A DNA stretch of 64,000 nt. It comes from Yuukianura sp. NJ FZ-2021. Lineage: Eukaryota. The notes under the pieces are model-generated. The model saw only the letters and a list, made by a program, of their open reading frames with translations. It was not told the origin of the DNA and did not search any database. Positions within the stretch are counted from its first letter, which is position 1; each line of letters begins with the position of its first letter. The position numbers and the translations under genes were made by a program. This document shows, piece by piece, positions 1-9,443 of this stretch. The stretch is taken from the NCBI GenBank assembly GCA_046563655.1, contig CM102287.1, forward strand, positions 5,146,001 through 5,210,000, read 5' to 3'.

Positions 1-1125
1 TCCAACATACTTTTTCAAGGTCATATGAACAAGAATAGATTCCACAAAAGCCAGAAAAACAAACAATTGACAGATACTTGTAAAGTAGTCCATGGCTTTG
101 GCATAGGATGCTGCTGGAGACGCTTCGCTGAGACTGTATGCTTGCGTTGACAAAGCCAAAATTGTAGTGACGCCTAGCGACACTCTAGCTTCCGTTGCGG
201 TCACATCTAACCAAAATGAAGCCCATGATGTTGCGACGAGCAAACCGCAAGGTGAAAATGCTCTCATGACGTAGTAGCCCAATCTGCGCTTGAACGGTAA
301 ATGTGCTTCCAGTATCGTGTAAATACCACTGAAAGTACTGCGAGAATGTTCTGATTGATAGGGTTGGCCGACATGAAATTTCCGAAGTTGCGTTCTTTGA
401 CGTTCTTTGACAGTTCCAACTCCGAGGTATGGGTACCATTTCAGAGTGGAATTTGTGGCTGCTTGAGAGTATAAACCGAATCCAACCTCGCAAACACTTT
501 TGTCGAAGGGATACCATTTGACATCGACATCACACAAGACAACAGTGGAAATACGGCCGTTATACATTGTCGTACCATTTTTGAAAATCCGGATGAATGC
601 GTTTGATTTGATGTTGGAGTGTAAATAGCCGCTTTTTTCATTGTCTATGAAGATATCCGGAAACCAAATCCGAGAAGTGTCGGAAACAACCAAAACGTTT
701 GGAATCTTAGCGGATGAATTCAAACTCGGAAGCTTTTCATACTGATGACGTGGATCGTGCCAGAAAACGCGCAGCGTTAGCTGTGCTCCGAGTTCTTCTT
801 GAATATCATCAAAATAGTTGATACTTCTGAACAAAACTTGAAGAAAAACCGGAAATGGAAGCCGGAACTGTGAATCCGAATCATTACGCCCAGTCGATAC
901 CGTAGCGCCTTGTACCGGGTTGAGATATCGGTCGTCGGTATTTGGAATTCCCAACGAATAGTGCGGAGGTGGAGTAAATCGGTCGTACCTTTTTTCGTCA
1001 AGAATTTGTTCCAAAATTTCAGCTTCGATTCCTTGATTATGAATCTTTGTGCCCAAAATTTTCGAAAAATAAAAATTGAAAATCACGAGAATTTTCCAAA
1101 AAATTGAAAAAATTTGACTTTTCAT
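1..1125 (-). CDS. Cys-loop ligand-gated ion channel subunit, paralog 1 (intronless, GluCl-like; 3' end runs off the window)
   Basis: Manual translation from ATG 1125 is open to position 1: MKSQIFSIFWKILVI...CDVDVKWYPFDKSVC (Cys loop)...WLDVTATEARVSLGVTTILAL...AKAMDYFTSICQLFVFLAFVES. Absent from the ORF track, probably because it has no stop in the window. Confidence 0.93.
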   Translation of the reverse strand, partial: MKSQIFSIFWKILVIFNFYFSKILGTKIHNQGIEAEILEQILDEKRYDRFTPPPHYSLGIPNTDDRYLNPVQGATVSTGRNDSDSQFRLPFPVFLQVLFRSINYFDDIQEELGAQLTLRVFWHDPRHQYEKLPSLNSSAKIPNVLVVSDTSRIWFPDIFIDNEKSGYLHSNIKSNAFIRIFKNGTTMYNGRISTVVLCDVDVKWYPFDKSVCEVGFGLYSQAATNSTLKWYPYLGVGTVKERQRTQLRKFHVGQPYQSEHSRSTFSGIYTILEAHLPFKRRLGYYVMRAFSPCGLLVATSWASFWLDVTATEARVSLGVTTILALSTQAYSLSEASPAASYAKAMDYFTSICQLFVFLAFVESILVHMTLKKYVG

Positions 1126-1714
1126 TGTGGAAGTCTAGGTACAGAATGGACGCATTTTCGAACCGATTTGACATTATACGCTGTTGCTCTTTGGAAATCC
1201 TTGAAACTGACGTTAACTGGAACCGTTTAGTTGATCAAACACAATTTTTTGAATAATCTAAAAATTTCTGTCATTTCCACACTTACTATGCAATCATTTG
1301 AAAATCATTTGAAGAATTTTTTTGGACATGAATAGAATAGTCATTTACTATTCTATAGAAATAAAAGAAAACTCTTAACGTAATTTGTCAAGTTGACATG
1401 TAGTAACAGCGCCGAACTGACAACGTGAGCGGTTTGAATTAAACGTCCTCGAATTTCTAATTTCAATTAGAAGAAAGAGTTGCATACAAATTTTTTGTTT
1501 ACGTATTTTGCCATTTTCCTAAATTGCAGACTCTTTGCGAACGTTTTGAAACTTTTTTGTAACTCCGTCTTTACATTGTGAAATGAAACGCACTTGTTGA
1601 TCTGTGAGATACGGCTACTTTTATTTACTACATTTCAAAAATTCACCAATTTTGGATTCAGAAAGATTTGATTCAACTTTGGAAAGAAAAGAATCTTGAA
1701 AAAAAAAGTTTACC

Positions 1715-3172
1715 CTAGCTCACATATTGTTGCAAGCAAACGAAAACAAAGATGCAAGTGAACGCTAGAAAAAGCGCTGGAAACGCAATTCGTGCAATTT
1801 TATCAATTCGTCGTGCCCTGGTCATTGCGTAAATACGATCTCCCTTTGACGCAGATGACGTTCCCGAGGGTCTTGTACTTTCAAGCTGTGCTTGCGCGAT
1901 ATCGCCTCGTTCCAACTCATTAAGTTCGACACTCCGCTTTTCAAAAATTCGATTCGAAACCTCCGCCCGTTTTTGCCTGAGGATCCATAAAATCTTTGCC
2001 AAATTTTTGATTCCCTTGTTTTTGGATTTCGATTTTGCGCTTGTCTTGACTTCTTTGCTTTTAACGTGATCCGTTTCAACATATTTCTTCAAGGTCATAT
2101 GAACAAGAATAGATTCCACAAAGGCCAGAAAAACAAACAATTGGCAGATGCTGGTAAAGTAGTCCATGGCTTTGGCATAGGATGATGCTGGAGCCGCTTC
2201 ACTGAGACTGTATGCTTGCGTTGACAAAGCCAAAATTGTAGTCACGCCTAGCGACACTCGAGCTTCAGTTGAGGTCACGTCTAACCAAAAAGCAGTCCAT
2301 GATGTTGCGACGAGCAATCCGCAAGGTGAAAATGCTCTGATCACGTAGTAGCCCAATCTGCGGTTGAACGGTAAGTGAAGTTTCAGTATCGTGTAGAGAC
2401 CACTTAAAGCACTGCGCAAATGTTCCGATTCATAGGGTTTACCGACAAGAAATTTCCGCAGTTGCGTTCTTTGACGTTCTTTGACGGTTCCAACTGCGAG
2501 GTATGGGTACCATTTCAAAGTGAATTTTGTGGCTGCTTGGGAGTATAGACCGAATTCAACTGTGCAAACGCTTTTGTCGAAGGGGTACCACTTGACATCC
2601 ACGTCACATAAGACAACAGTGGTAATCCGGGCGTTGTAATTTGTCGTACCATTTTTGAAAATCCAGATGAATGTGTTTGGTTTGATGTTGGAGTGTATAT
2701 AACCGCTTTTTTCATTGGATATGACAATATCCGGAACCCAAATCTTTGAAGTGTCGTAAACAACCAAAACGTCTGGAACGTTAGTAGATGAATTTAAAGT
2801 CGGAAGATGTTCATACTGATGTCGTGGATCATGCCAGAAGACACGCAGCGATAGTTGTGCTCCGAGTTCTTCTTGAATGTCGTCAAAATAGTTGATACTT
2901 CGGAACCAAACTTGAAGGAAAACTGGAAATTGAACTATCTGAGAACCCGAATCATTCCGTACCGGGTTGAGATACCCGTCGTCGGTTTTTGAAATTCCCG
3001 ACGAATAGTGTGGAGGTGGAGTAAATTTGTCGTACTTTGTTTCGTCAAGAATTTGTTCCAAAATTTCAGCTTCGATTCCTTGACTATGAATCCTTGTGCC
3101 CAAAATTTCCGAAAAATAAAAATTGGAAATCATGAGAATTCTCCAAAAAATTAAAAAAAATTGACGTTTCAT
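1715..3172 (-). CDS. Cys-loop ligand-gated ion channel subunit, paralog 2 (intronless, GluCl-like)
   Basis: Single ORF with a signal-like N-terminus, WxPD, Cys loop CDVDVKWYPFDKSVC, M1-M3, long loop and M4 (RIDKIARIAFP). Start set at MKRQ (3172) by alignment with the paralog starts; the ORF track extends it to 3211. Confidence 0.95.
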   Translation of the reverse strand: MKRQFFLIFWRILMISNFYFSEILGTRIHSQGIEAEILEQILDETKYDKFTPPPHYSSGISKTDDGYLNPVRNDSGSQIVQFPVFLQVWFRSINYFDDIQEELGAQLSLRVFWHDPRHQYEHLPTLNSSTNVPDVLVVYDTSKIWVPDIVISNEKSGYIHSNIKPNTFIWIFKNGTTNYNARITTVVLCDVDVKWYPFDKSVCTVEFGLYSQAATKFTLKWYPYLAVGTVKERQRTQLRKFLVGKPYESEHLRSALSGLYTILKLHLPFNRRLGYYVIRAFSPCGLLVATSWTAFWLDVTSTEARVSLGVTTILALSTQAYSLSEAAPASSYAKAMDYFTSICQLFVFLAFVESILVHMTLKKYVETDHVKSKEVKTSAKSKSKNKGIKNLAKILWILRQKRAEVSNRIFEKRSVELNELERGDIAQAQLESTRPSGTSSASKGDRIYAMTRARRIDKIARIAFPALFLAFTCIFVFVCLQQYVS

Positions 3173-3870
3173 TGTGGAAGTCTGTCTAACAAAGGGATGC
3201 CTTTTCAACATCGATTTGACATTAAACCTTGAAAACCTCTTCAGAAAACCTTGAAAATGATATTAACTGAAAGCTTTTAGTTGAGTAAACAGAAGTTCCT
3301 GAATATTGCAAAAATTTCGGTCATTTTCACACTTTACTAGTATTGAGGACATGAACCAAAATTAAAGCAATTGCATACATAAAAAATTAATGAAATTTTT
3401 TAACGTAATTTCTTAAGTTGAAATTCAGCAAGTGACGACGTGAGCGGTTTTGAATTCAACGTTTTCACTTCAATAATTTTCCAAAGTTTTTTTTTTGGAA
3501 TGTTTAACAATTTTTGATAATTTGATTGTTGGTGTGTGTGGCATTCCTAACTTCCTAACTACGTTCTCGGCCGTACTAGTTGAAGTGGTTCCATGGTCAA
3601 AAACAATTTGGTCAAAAAGTGAGAAGGTCAAAAACACGAAAACATATATTCTAGCCAAACTATTTGCAACGGTTTTCACTTTTTGATCAAATTATTTTGA
3701 CCATTTCAGCTGTATAAGTTGATGAAGCAAATTTCCTCTAGTTTTGCTCTAGGAGTTTCGAAATTTGGAAATTCTAAAAAAGATTTGTGAGATCTGTGTT
3801 TGCTAATTTGCTAAAGTACAGGTTACTGAGTAATTCGCAATTCCCAGCATTTGAAATTGATGTTTTGTTT

Positions 3871-5370
3871 CTAGTTGTCATACTGTTGCTTGCATATGAA
3901 CGCAAAACTGCAAATGAATCCCGTAAATATCGAAGGAAAAGCAACTCGTGCAATCCTATCGATTCTTTTAGCCTTTTTCAATGCACATGCTCGAGCACGA
4001 TCCAATTCTGCTGAAGGTGAAGATCCACTTTCGATCTGTTTTGGCGTAGGCTGTTTCCGAACATGTTGAAGATCGTCGAGCTCTGGAATGTCAATTAAGA
4101 CGCAACGCTTTTCAAAAATTCTGTTTTCAAAATTATCCGCCTCTTTCCGATTAACGCTCCATGCAATCTTGGCCAAATTTTTGTCATCCAATATTCTCTT
4201 TTCTCCTTTTTCATGATCTTTCTTGGCGTTGGGCTCTGCGCATGCCTTCTCCAGTTTGGTTTCGACGCAGTTCTTTACACCGTGTTTTCTGAGTGTGATG
4301 TGGACAAGGATCGATTCCATAAAAGCCAAGAAAACAAATACTTGGCAGATGATGGTGAAGCAATCCATGGCTTTAGCATACGCTGTTGTTGGAGCTGATT
4401 CGCTGATGCTGTAGGCCTGTGTTGACAGAGCCAAAATTGTCGTGACGCCTAGGGATACTCGTGCCTCAGTTGAGGTCACGTCTAGCCAAAATGTAGCCCA
4501 TGAAGTTGCAACGAGCAAGACGCAGGGTGAAAATGCTCTGGTGAGATAGAACCCCAGTCGTCGTTTGAATGGTAAGTGGATTATCACTACAGTGTTGTTT
4601 CCGCTGGGCAACTGTCGCATGGTTTCAGATAAGTAGGGCTGTCCCAAATTGAACTTGCGTAGTTGCGCCCGTTCCGAAATTTTGGAAACTCCTAAGATCG
4701 GGTGCCATTTTAGCATGGATACCGTGGCAGACATGGAGTAAAGACTAAACTCAAGTTCGCAGACGCTTTTGTCGAAGGGATACCATCTGATGTCAATGTC
4801 GCAAGTGACTACGGTGGTCACCCGGGCATTGTAAACTGTCGTTCCGTTTTTGAAAATCCGAACAAACACGTTCGGTTTGAGACTGGAGTGTAAATAGCCA
4901 CTTTTTTCGTTGGATATAAAAATGTCGGGGTACCAAATCCATGAAGCGTCGGAGAAAGTCACACTTTTCGGTACTTTTGAAGAATTCAAAGTCGGAAGAT
5001 TGTCATACCGATGGCGTGGATCGTTCCAGGTTAGTCGCATGGTCAACTGTGCTCCAAGCTCTTCTTGTCTGTCGTCAATGTAGTTGATATTTCTAAACCA
5101 AACTTGAAGAAAAACCGTCAATGGTGCGACTGTTGATTTGATTTGGTCCGTTCCGGTTGAAACCGTACCGGTTTGTACCGGATCCGTTTTGGTTGAATCC
5201 GGAATATAGTGTGGAGGCGGAGCAGATTTGTCGTATATTGATTCGTTAAGAATTTGGTCCAGAATTTGAACCTCGAGCTGGTGAGTTTGAAAAGAGCCAA
5301 GAACATTCGAAATCCGAAAATTCAAAATGAACAGAATTTTCAAAAACGTTGCTAAATTTTGACGTTTCAT
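3871..5370 (-). CDS. Cys-loop ligand-gated ion channel subunit, paralog 3 (intronless, GluCl-like)
   Basis: 499-aa single ORF; Cys loop CDIDIRWYPFDKSVC, M2 STEARVSLGVTTILAL, M4 RIDRIARVAFP. Confidence 0.95.
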   Translation of the reverse strand: MKRQNLATFLKILFILNFRISNVLGSFQTHQLEVQILDQILNESIYDKSAPPPHYIPDSTKTDPVQTGTVSTGTDQIKSTVAPLTVFLQVWFRNINYIDDRQEELGAQLTMRLTWNDPRHRYDNLPTLNSSKVPKSVTFSDASWIWYPDIFISNEKSGYLHSSLKPNVFVRIFKNGTTVYNARVTTVVTCDIDIRWYPFDKSVCELEFSLYSMSATVSMLKWHPILGVSKISERAQLRKFNLGQPYLSETMRQLPSGNNTVVIIHLPFKRRLGFYLTRAFSPCVLLVATSWATFWLDVTSTEARVSLGVTTILALSTQAYSISESAPTTAYAKAMDCFTIICQVFVFLAFMESILVHITLRKHGVKNCVETKLEKACAEPNAKKDHEKGEKRILDDKNLAKIAWSVNRKEADNFENRIFEKRCVLIDIPELDDLQHVRKQPTPKQIESGSSPSAELDRARACALKKAKRIDRIARVAFPSIFTGFICSFAFICKQQYDN

Positions 5371-5979
5371 TGTGTAAGTCTATTTAGCGAATGGGACTCA
5401 ATTTCGGTTATGGGTTGGGACCAGCACCTAGCATTTTGAAAAACCGTGAAATGAAAATGACATGAATAGAAGCTATTTAGCTAACTAAACAAAATGATCT
5501 CGGAACTTGAAATTGCTGTCACTTCTCACTCATCTACTTTTGAAATTATTTCGAACATAAATTGATATTCAAGCAATTGCGTAACAGCAAAGAAAAATAT
5601 CAAGGAAACGCCCTTGTGTTTGAGCTCAAAAGAATCTTGCCTCGAAAAACTAAAAATTTTGAACTGAATTCAAAAAAATTCAAGGAGATTCGCCCAAAAA
5701 CGATTTTTTTTTAAATGAGTTTAGCATTTTAGCGTATTTCATGCTTCAAAATAGTCTACCCTATTGTTTGTAGCACTAAATAGTGGCGGTACTTTCTGCG
5801 ACAAAGTGTCGTAAAAATGAATTGTGTCATTCACTTTTACAACAATGGATTCTTCACTATTGAAGGTTTTCGAAAGTGGATTTCCAAAATTAATTGCTCA
5901 AAACTTGAAATTGAATTTGAACGCGTTTCACTAGTTTTCAAAAGCCTTTTTCGCAATTCCAACCAACGACAGCACTACT

Positions 5980-6914
5980 ATGTCGTTCGTGCCTTTTGTG
6001 CTTGCAGTTTTTGCTGTTTACTGGAGCGCTGGGTCAGGAACTGGAAAAACTTTTAGCGTGACCCCATGCAATTACAAACCAATTGGAACGGTTCAAAAAA
6101 TTGGTAACCTCGATGTCTATTTCACGGGAGACATAAGTTCCAAAAGAGTGTTGATTGCTTATTACGACATTTTTGGATTCACCCCGCGAAATACAAATGT
6201 GAAACAAGTTTGCGACATTTTGGGCAAACAAGGATTTTTGGTCGTGCTGCCCGACTTTTACGGTGGAGAGTATTGGGACTTGGACAACTTTCCGCCAGTG
6301 TAATGTCACTGAACAGTTTTCATTTCTGATTTCAAATTTCGAAAAATTTAATTTGAAATTTTGAATTTCAGTCCAGCTGAACTTGGAGCTTGGTTGGGCA
6401 AAGTCGCACCATGGACCAAAGTTCTGGCTGATACGAAGAGTGTCATCGAGCACTGCAAGGGCAAAGGAGCCACTGGATTCGGAGTGTTCGGTTTTTGCTG
6501 GGGCGGAAAACAGTCCATTTTGCTCGGTGGGTCGGAATTGGCTGGAACCATCAAGGGTGGGGCCATGGCCCATCCGGCGGGACTTACGATGGCAGATGCT
6601 GAAAATAATAAAATTCCGATTCTGTTCATGCCGAGTAAAAACGAAGATGATTTGGTCTGTCCTGAAAATTTTGAAAAAGTAGAACAAGGAATTAACATAA
6701 ACCTTAAAATTAATTTTTTTTGTCGTAGCTCCCAATGGTAGAAGCAGTTCAGAAAAGACTGGGCAAAGACGCTGCAGAGCACTACAGATTTGATGACATG
6801 AATCATGGATTTTCAGCTGCTCGTGGAAACTTTAATGACACGACAAATCGAGCCAGAGTTGAAGAAGTCCTTGGTCACTTGATCAAATTCTTCAACAAGC
6901 ATCTTCCTGAATAA
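5980..6914 (+). CDS. Dienelactone hydrolase family protein (3 exons: 5980-6299, 6372-6654, 6729-6914)
   Basis: YDIFGF, VVLPDF, nucleophile motif GFCWGG, AHP, acidic NEDD, MNHGF; GT-AG introns keep the frame; hydrophobic N-terminus. Confidence 0.9.
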
Positions 6915-7229
6915 ATTTTTGACATTTTTCGAAAAAGTAAACCTTATCTACACAAAATTTTCAAAAACCAAAAGTTTGGCCTGTGAAAACAAAATTTTGA
7001 CAAGTCGAAGTGAAAGAAAGTAATTTTATCCGTGAAAAAATTAGCAAATAAAAATTCCAAAGAAAGCACGAACGATGAGTTTACAATGGAAAAAAGTGTC
7101 AATTTTTCCATTGTTTTAACCAAAACTATCGGAGTCTGATTTTTTTCTCTTTTTATAAAACTGATGGTTTAAATTCAATTTCAGTTTTTTCTTTATACTT
7201 TTAGAGTTCATAACGTATAACGTTCTGCA

Positions 7230-8093
7230 ATGAATACTTTTGTAGTTTTTGTATCTTTATTGTTCCTTTTTGGAGTAGGGTCAACTCAAACAGGTAACGT
7301 TTCATTTACTACAATGTAAATTACAAAACTTATTAATAACCTTTTCGAAAAATATGTCGAAAATTTCTGATTTTTAGATTCTGAAACTGGCGACGGTGGT
7401 AATCCAGTTGCATGTGATGAAAAAAATCCAATTTGTCAAAAATTTCGACTGATGAATCAACAGTTTCTTGGAAACATGGAGTCTCGACTAACTGGATTTC
7501 AAGTACTAATTTAAAAAATGCCGAATTTGCCGTATTAAGGACAATTCCAATCTAAACTTCCAAAAAATTTGAATATCTAATAATTTTTAGAACATCGAGC
7601 AAAAATCAGTTGGTTTTGAATCGGCTCAAAGACTAGACAATGCTAATGGGAACTCAACAGAAGATCTACAATGTGATGAAGAAGATCCAATTTGTAGTAA
7701 GCGTTGTAAAATACCTGGCGTCTTTCAAATTAGGCAAAAATTTTTCGAAATGTTTAAAAATGGCTTTCCATTGGTTTTGTTGAAAAAGAAAAATTCAAAG
7801 CCTTGCTTTCATATCACCGCTCAGTTCAACTTCTGAAGAAAGAGAAGGGGAAGGTAACTTTTAGAATGCAATTTTGAAAAAATTCAAATTTAAAGGACAT
7901 TTGTGTGTTTAAAATCTGACGAAATTTTAAATTCCATTCAAAGCCTGCTGGCTCAGGAAATACTTCTCCAGGGGGAAACTCAGGCGAAGGTCAATGCAAA
8001 ACCGCTTTGGGTAAATTTGTTTGTGAAAGTATCCAACGGAAGGTCTGCTACACCAACAAAAATTGTGGCGAACTCGTCAACGAACAAGGTTAG
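7230..8093 (+). CDS. Uncharacterised secreted Cys-motif protein, ~165 aa (exons 7230-7293, 7378-7502, 7591-7696, 7801-7853, 7944-8093)
   Basis: Signal peptide MNTFVVFVSLLFLFGVGS; four GT-AG introns with compatible phases giving 498 nt; CDEKNPIC and CDEEDPIC repeats; 4-Cys C-terminus; AATAAA near 8160. Confidence 0.65.
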
Positions 8094-9443
8094 GATTCAA
8101 GTGTAAAATTGTTCAAAATTTTGATTTTCAATTCCAATTGAATGAGCAGATTTGAAATTAATAAACAATTCAAACTCAGCTTTTGAAAATTTTAGAAAAA
8201 AAAAGGATTTTCTAGAAAATTCATTAAGTTTTATTCAACCCTTGTTCTTTTGTTACATTAGTTTTTAGACATGAGACTTTTCAGTTACAAAAACTGACTT
8301 AACATTTTAAATCTTGGTTTAACAGTTTGTTAATTCACTTTTTTTTTTAGAGAGATTGTCACTACTTAGGCTATTGGTGGTTCCTTTTTGATTTGTCTCT
8401 TAAGCTGTTTAAGTATTTTCAACAAGCCTCGATTTTTTCGAAATTCGAAATCTTAAATTTTATAATTCTGCTTTTTCGCACCCTTTTTTGAAAACATTAA
8501 CTGAAGTTGGAAATTAAAGTGATGACGCTTAGTTTTAGTTTCCTTTTTCAAAAAACTCAAACCAAGTTCATAATTTTCAAGCATGTCAAAATCATACTGA
8601 GAATATAACAACAGAGGTAGAAGGTCAACTACACTCCACGTTTTCATAAAATTGTTCAACGTGAGTTTACATTCAAAATTCAAAAAAGTGAAACGATTGA
8701 ACTCATGATTCAGTTCAACATTAATAATTTGACACACGTTTCAGAGTATAACAAACTCCAAAAAAACATTGAATAAATTCATGATTTTGTTAGACAATCA
8801 GACACAAAATCATTGTATTTTTAGCTCATTGAATTTGAGCAAAATGTAACCAAAGGACGCAGAATTTCGATTAAGAAAACTTCTTTAAAAACACGATTTC
8901 TTAATTTTCCTTTTTGATTTAAAGCATATTTTTATCCTGTTTTACCACTTGTTTTCTTAACAAAGTTCACTTTTTACCTTTTTCAAAACGGCCATCTCCT
9001 ACAACCGTCCGTTTTCTAAAAAATGTTGTTTTAAGACGATTTGAGCAAAAAGGGGGATTTTTTGAAATTTTTGAGAGTTGGATTCAGTCGACCTGACTTG
9101 ACCTTTGACCTGAACGCGCAAAGAAGCCAAGTGAGCTCAATTTTCCAATGTAATATTCATATTTAAAAACGAACAGAAAAAAGACACGCTTATCCAAAAT
9201 TTTAAATTCTAAAATCCTGATTTTCGATGCTAAATTTTCGACAATTGGCCTCCGAAATTTTCAGAGCAGCATAATCGTTTTCCATAAATTATTAAAGTTT
9301 TGTGAGGTTGCTCAACTTCCAATCGTTTTCGAATTTGAAAACAAAGTGAATTGGAAATGAAAAGAACACGAAAAAACTTCTTCTTTTTTTAAATGCGCCA
9401 CTAATTTTTTCGAAGTATCAAATTAATGGCGGCGTGAAAAGAG

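Noticed and set aside
185..1107. Fragmented ORFs suggesting the first channel copy is a pseudogene
   Set aside because: They are off-frame; manual translation shows an uninterrupted frame from 1125 to the window edge.
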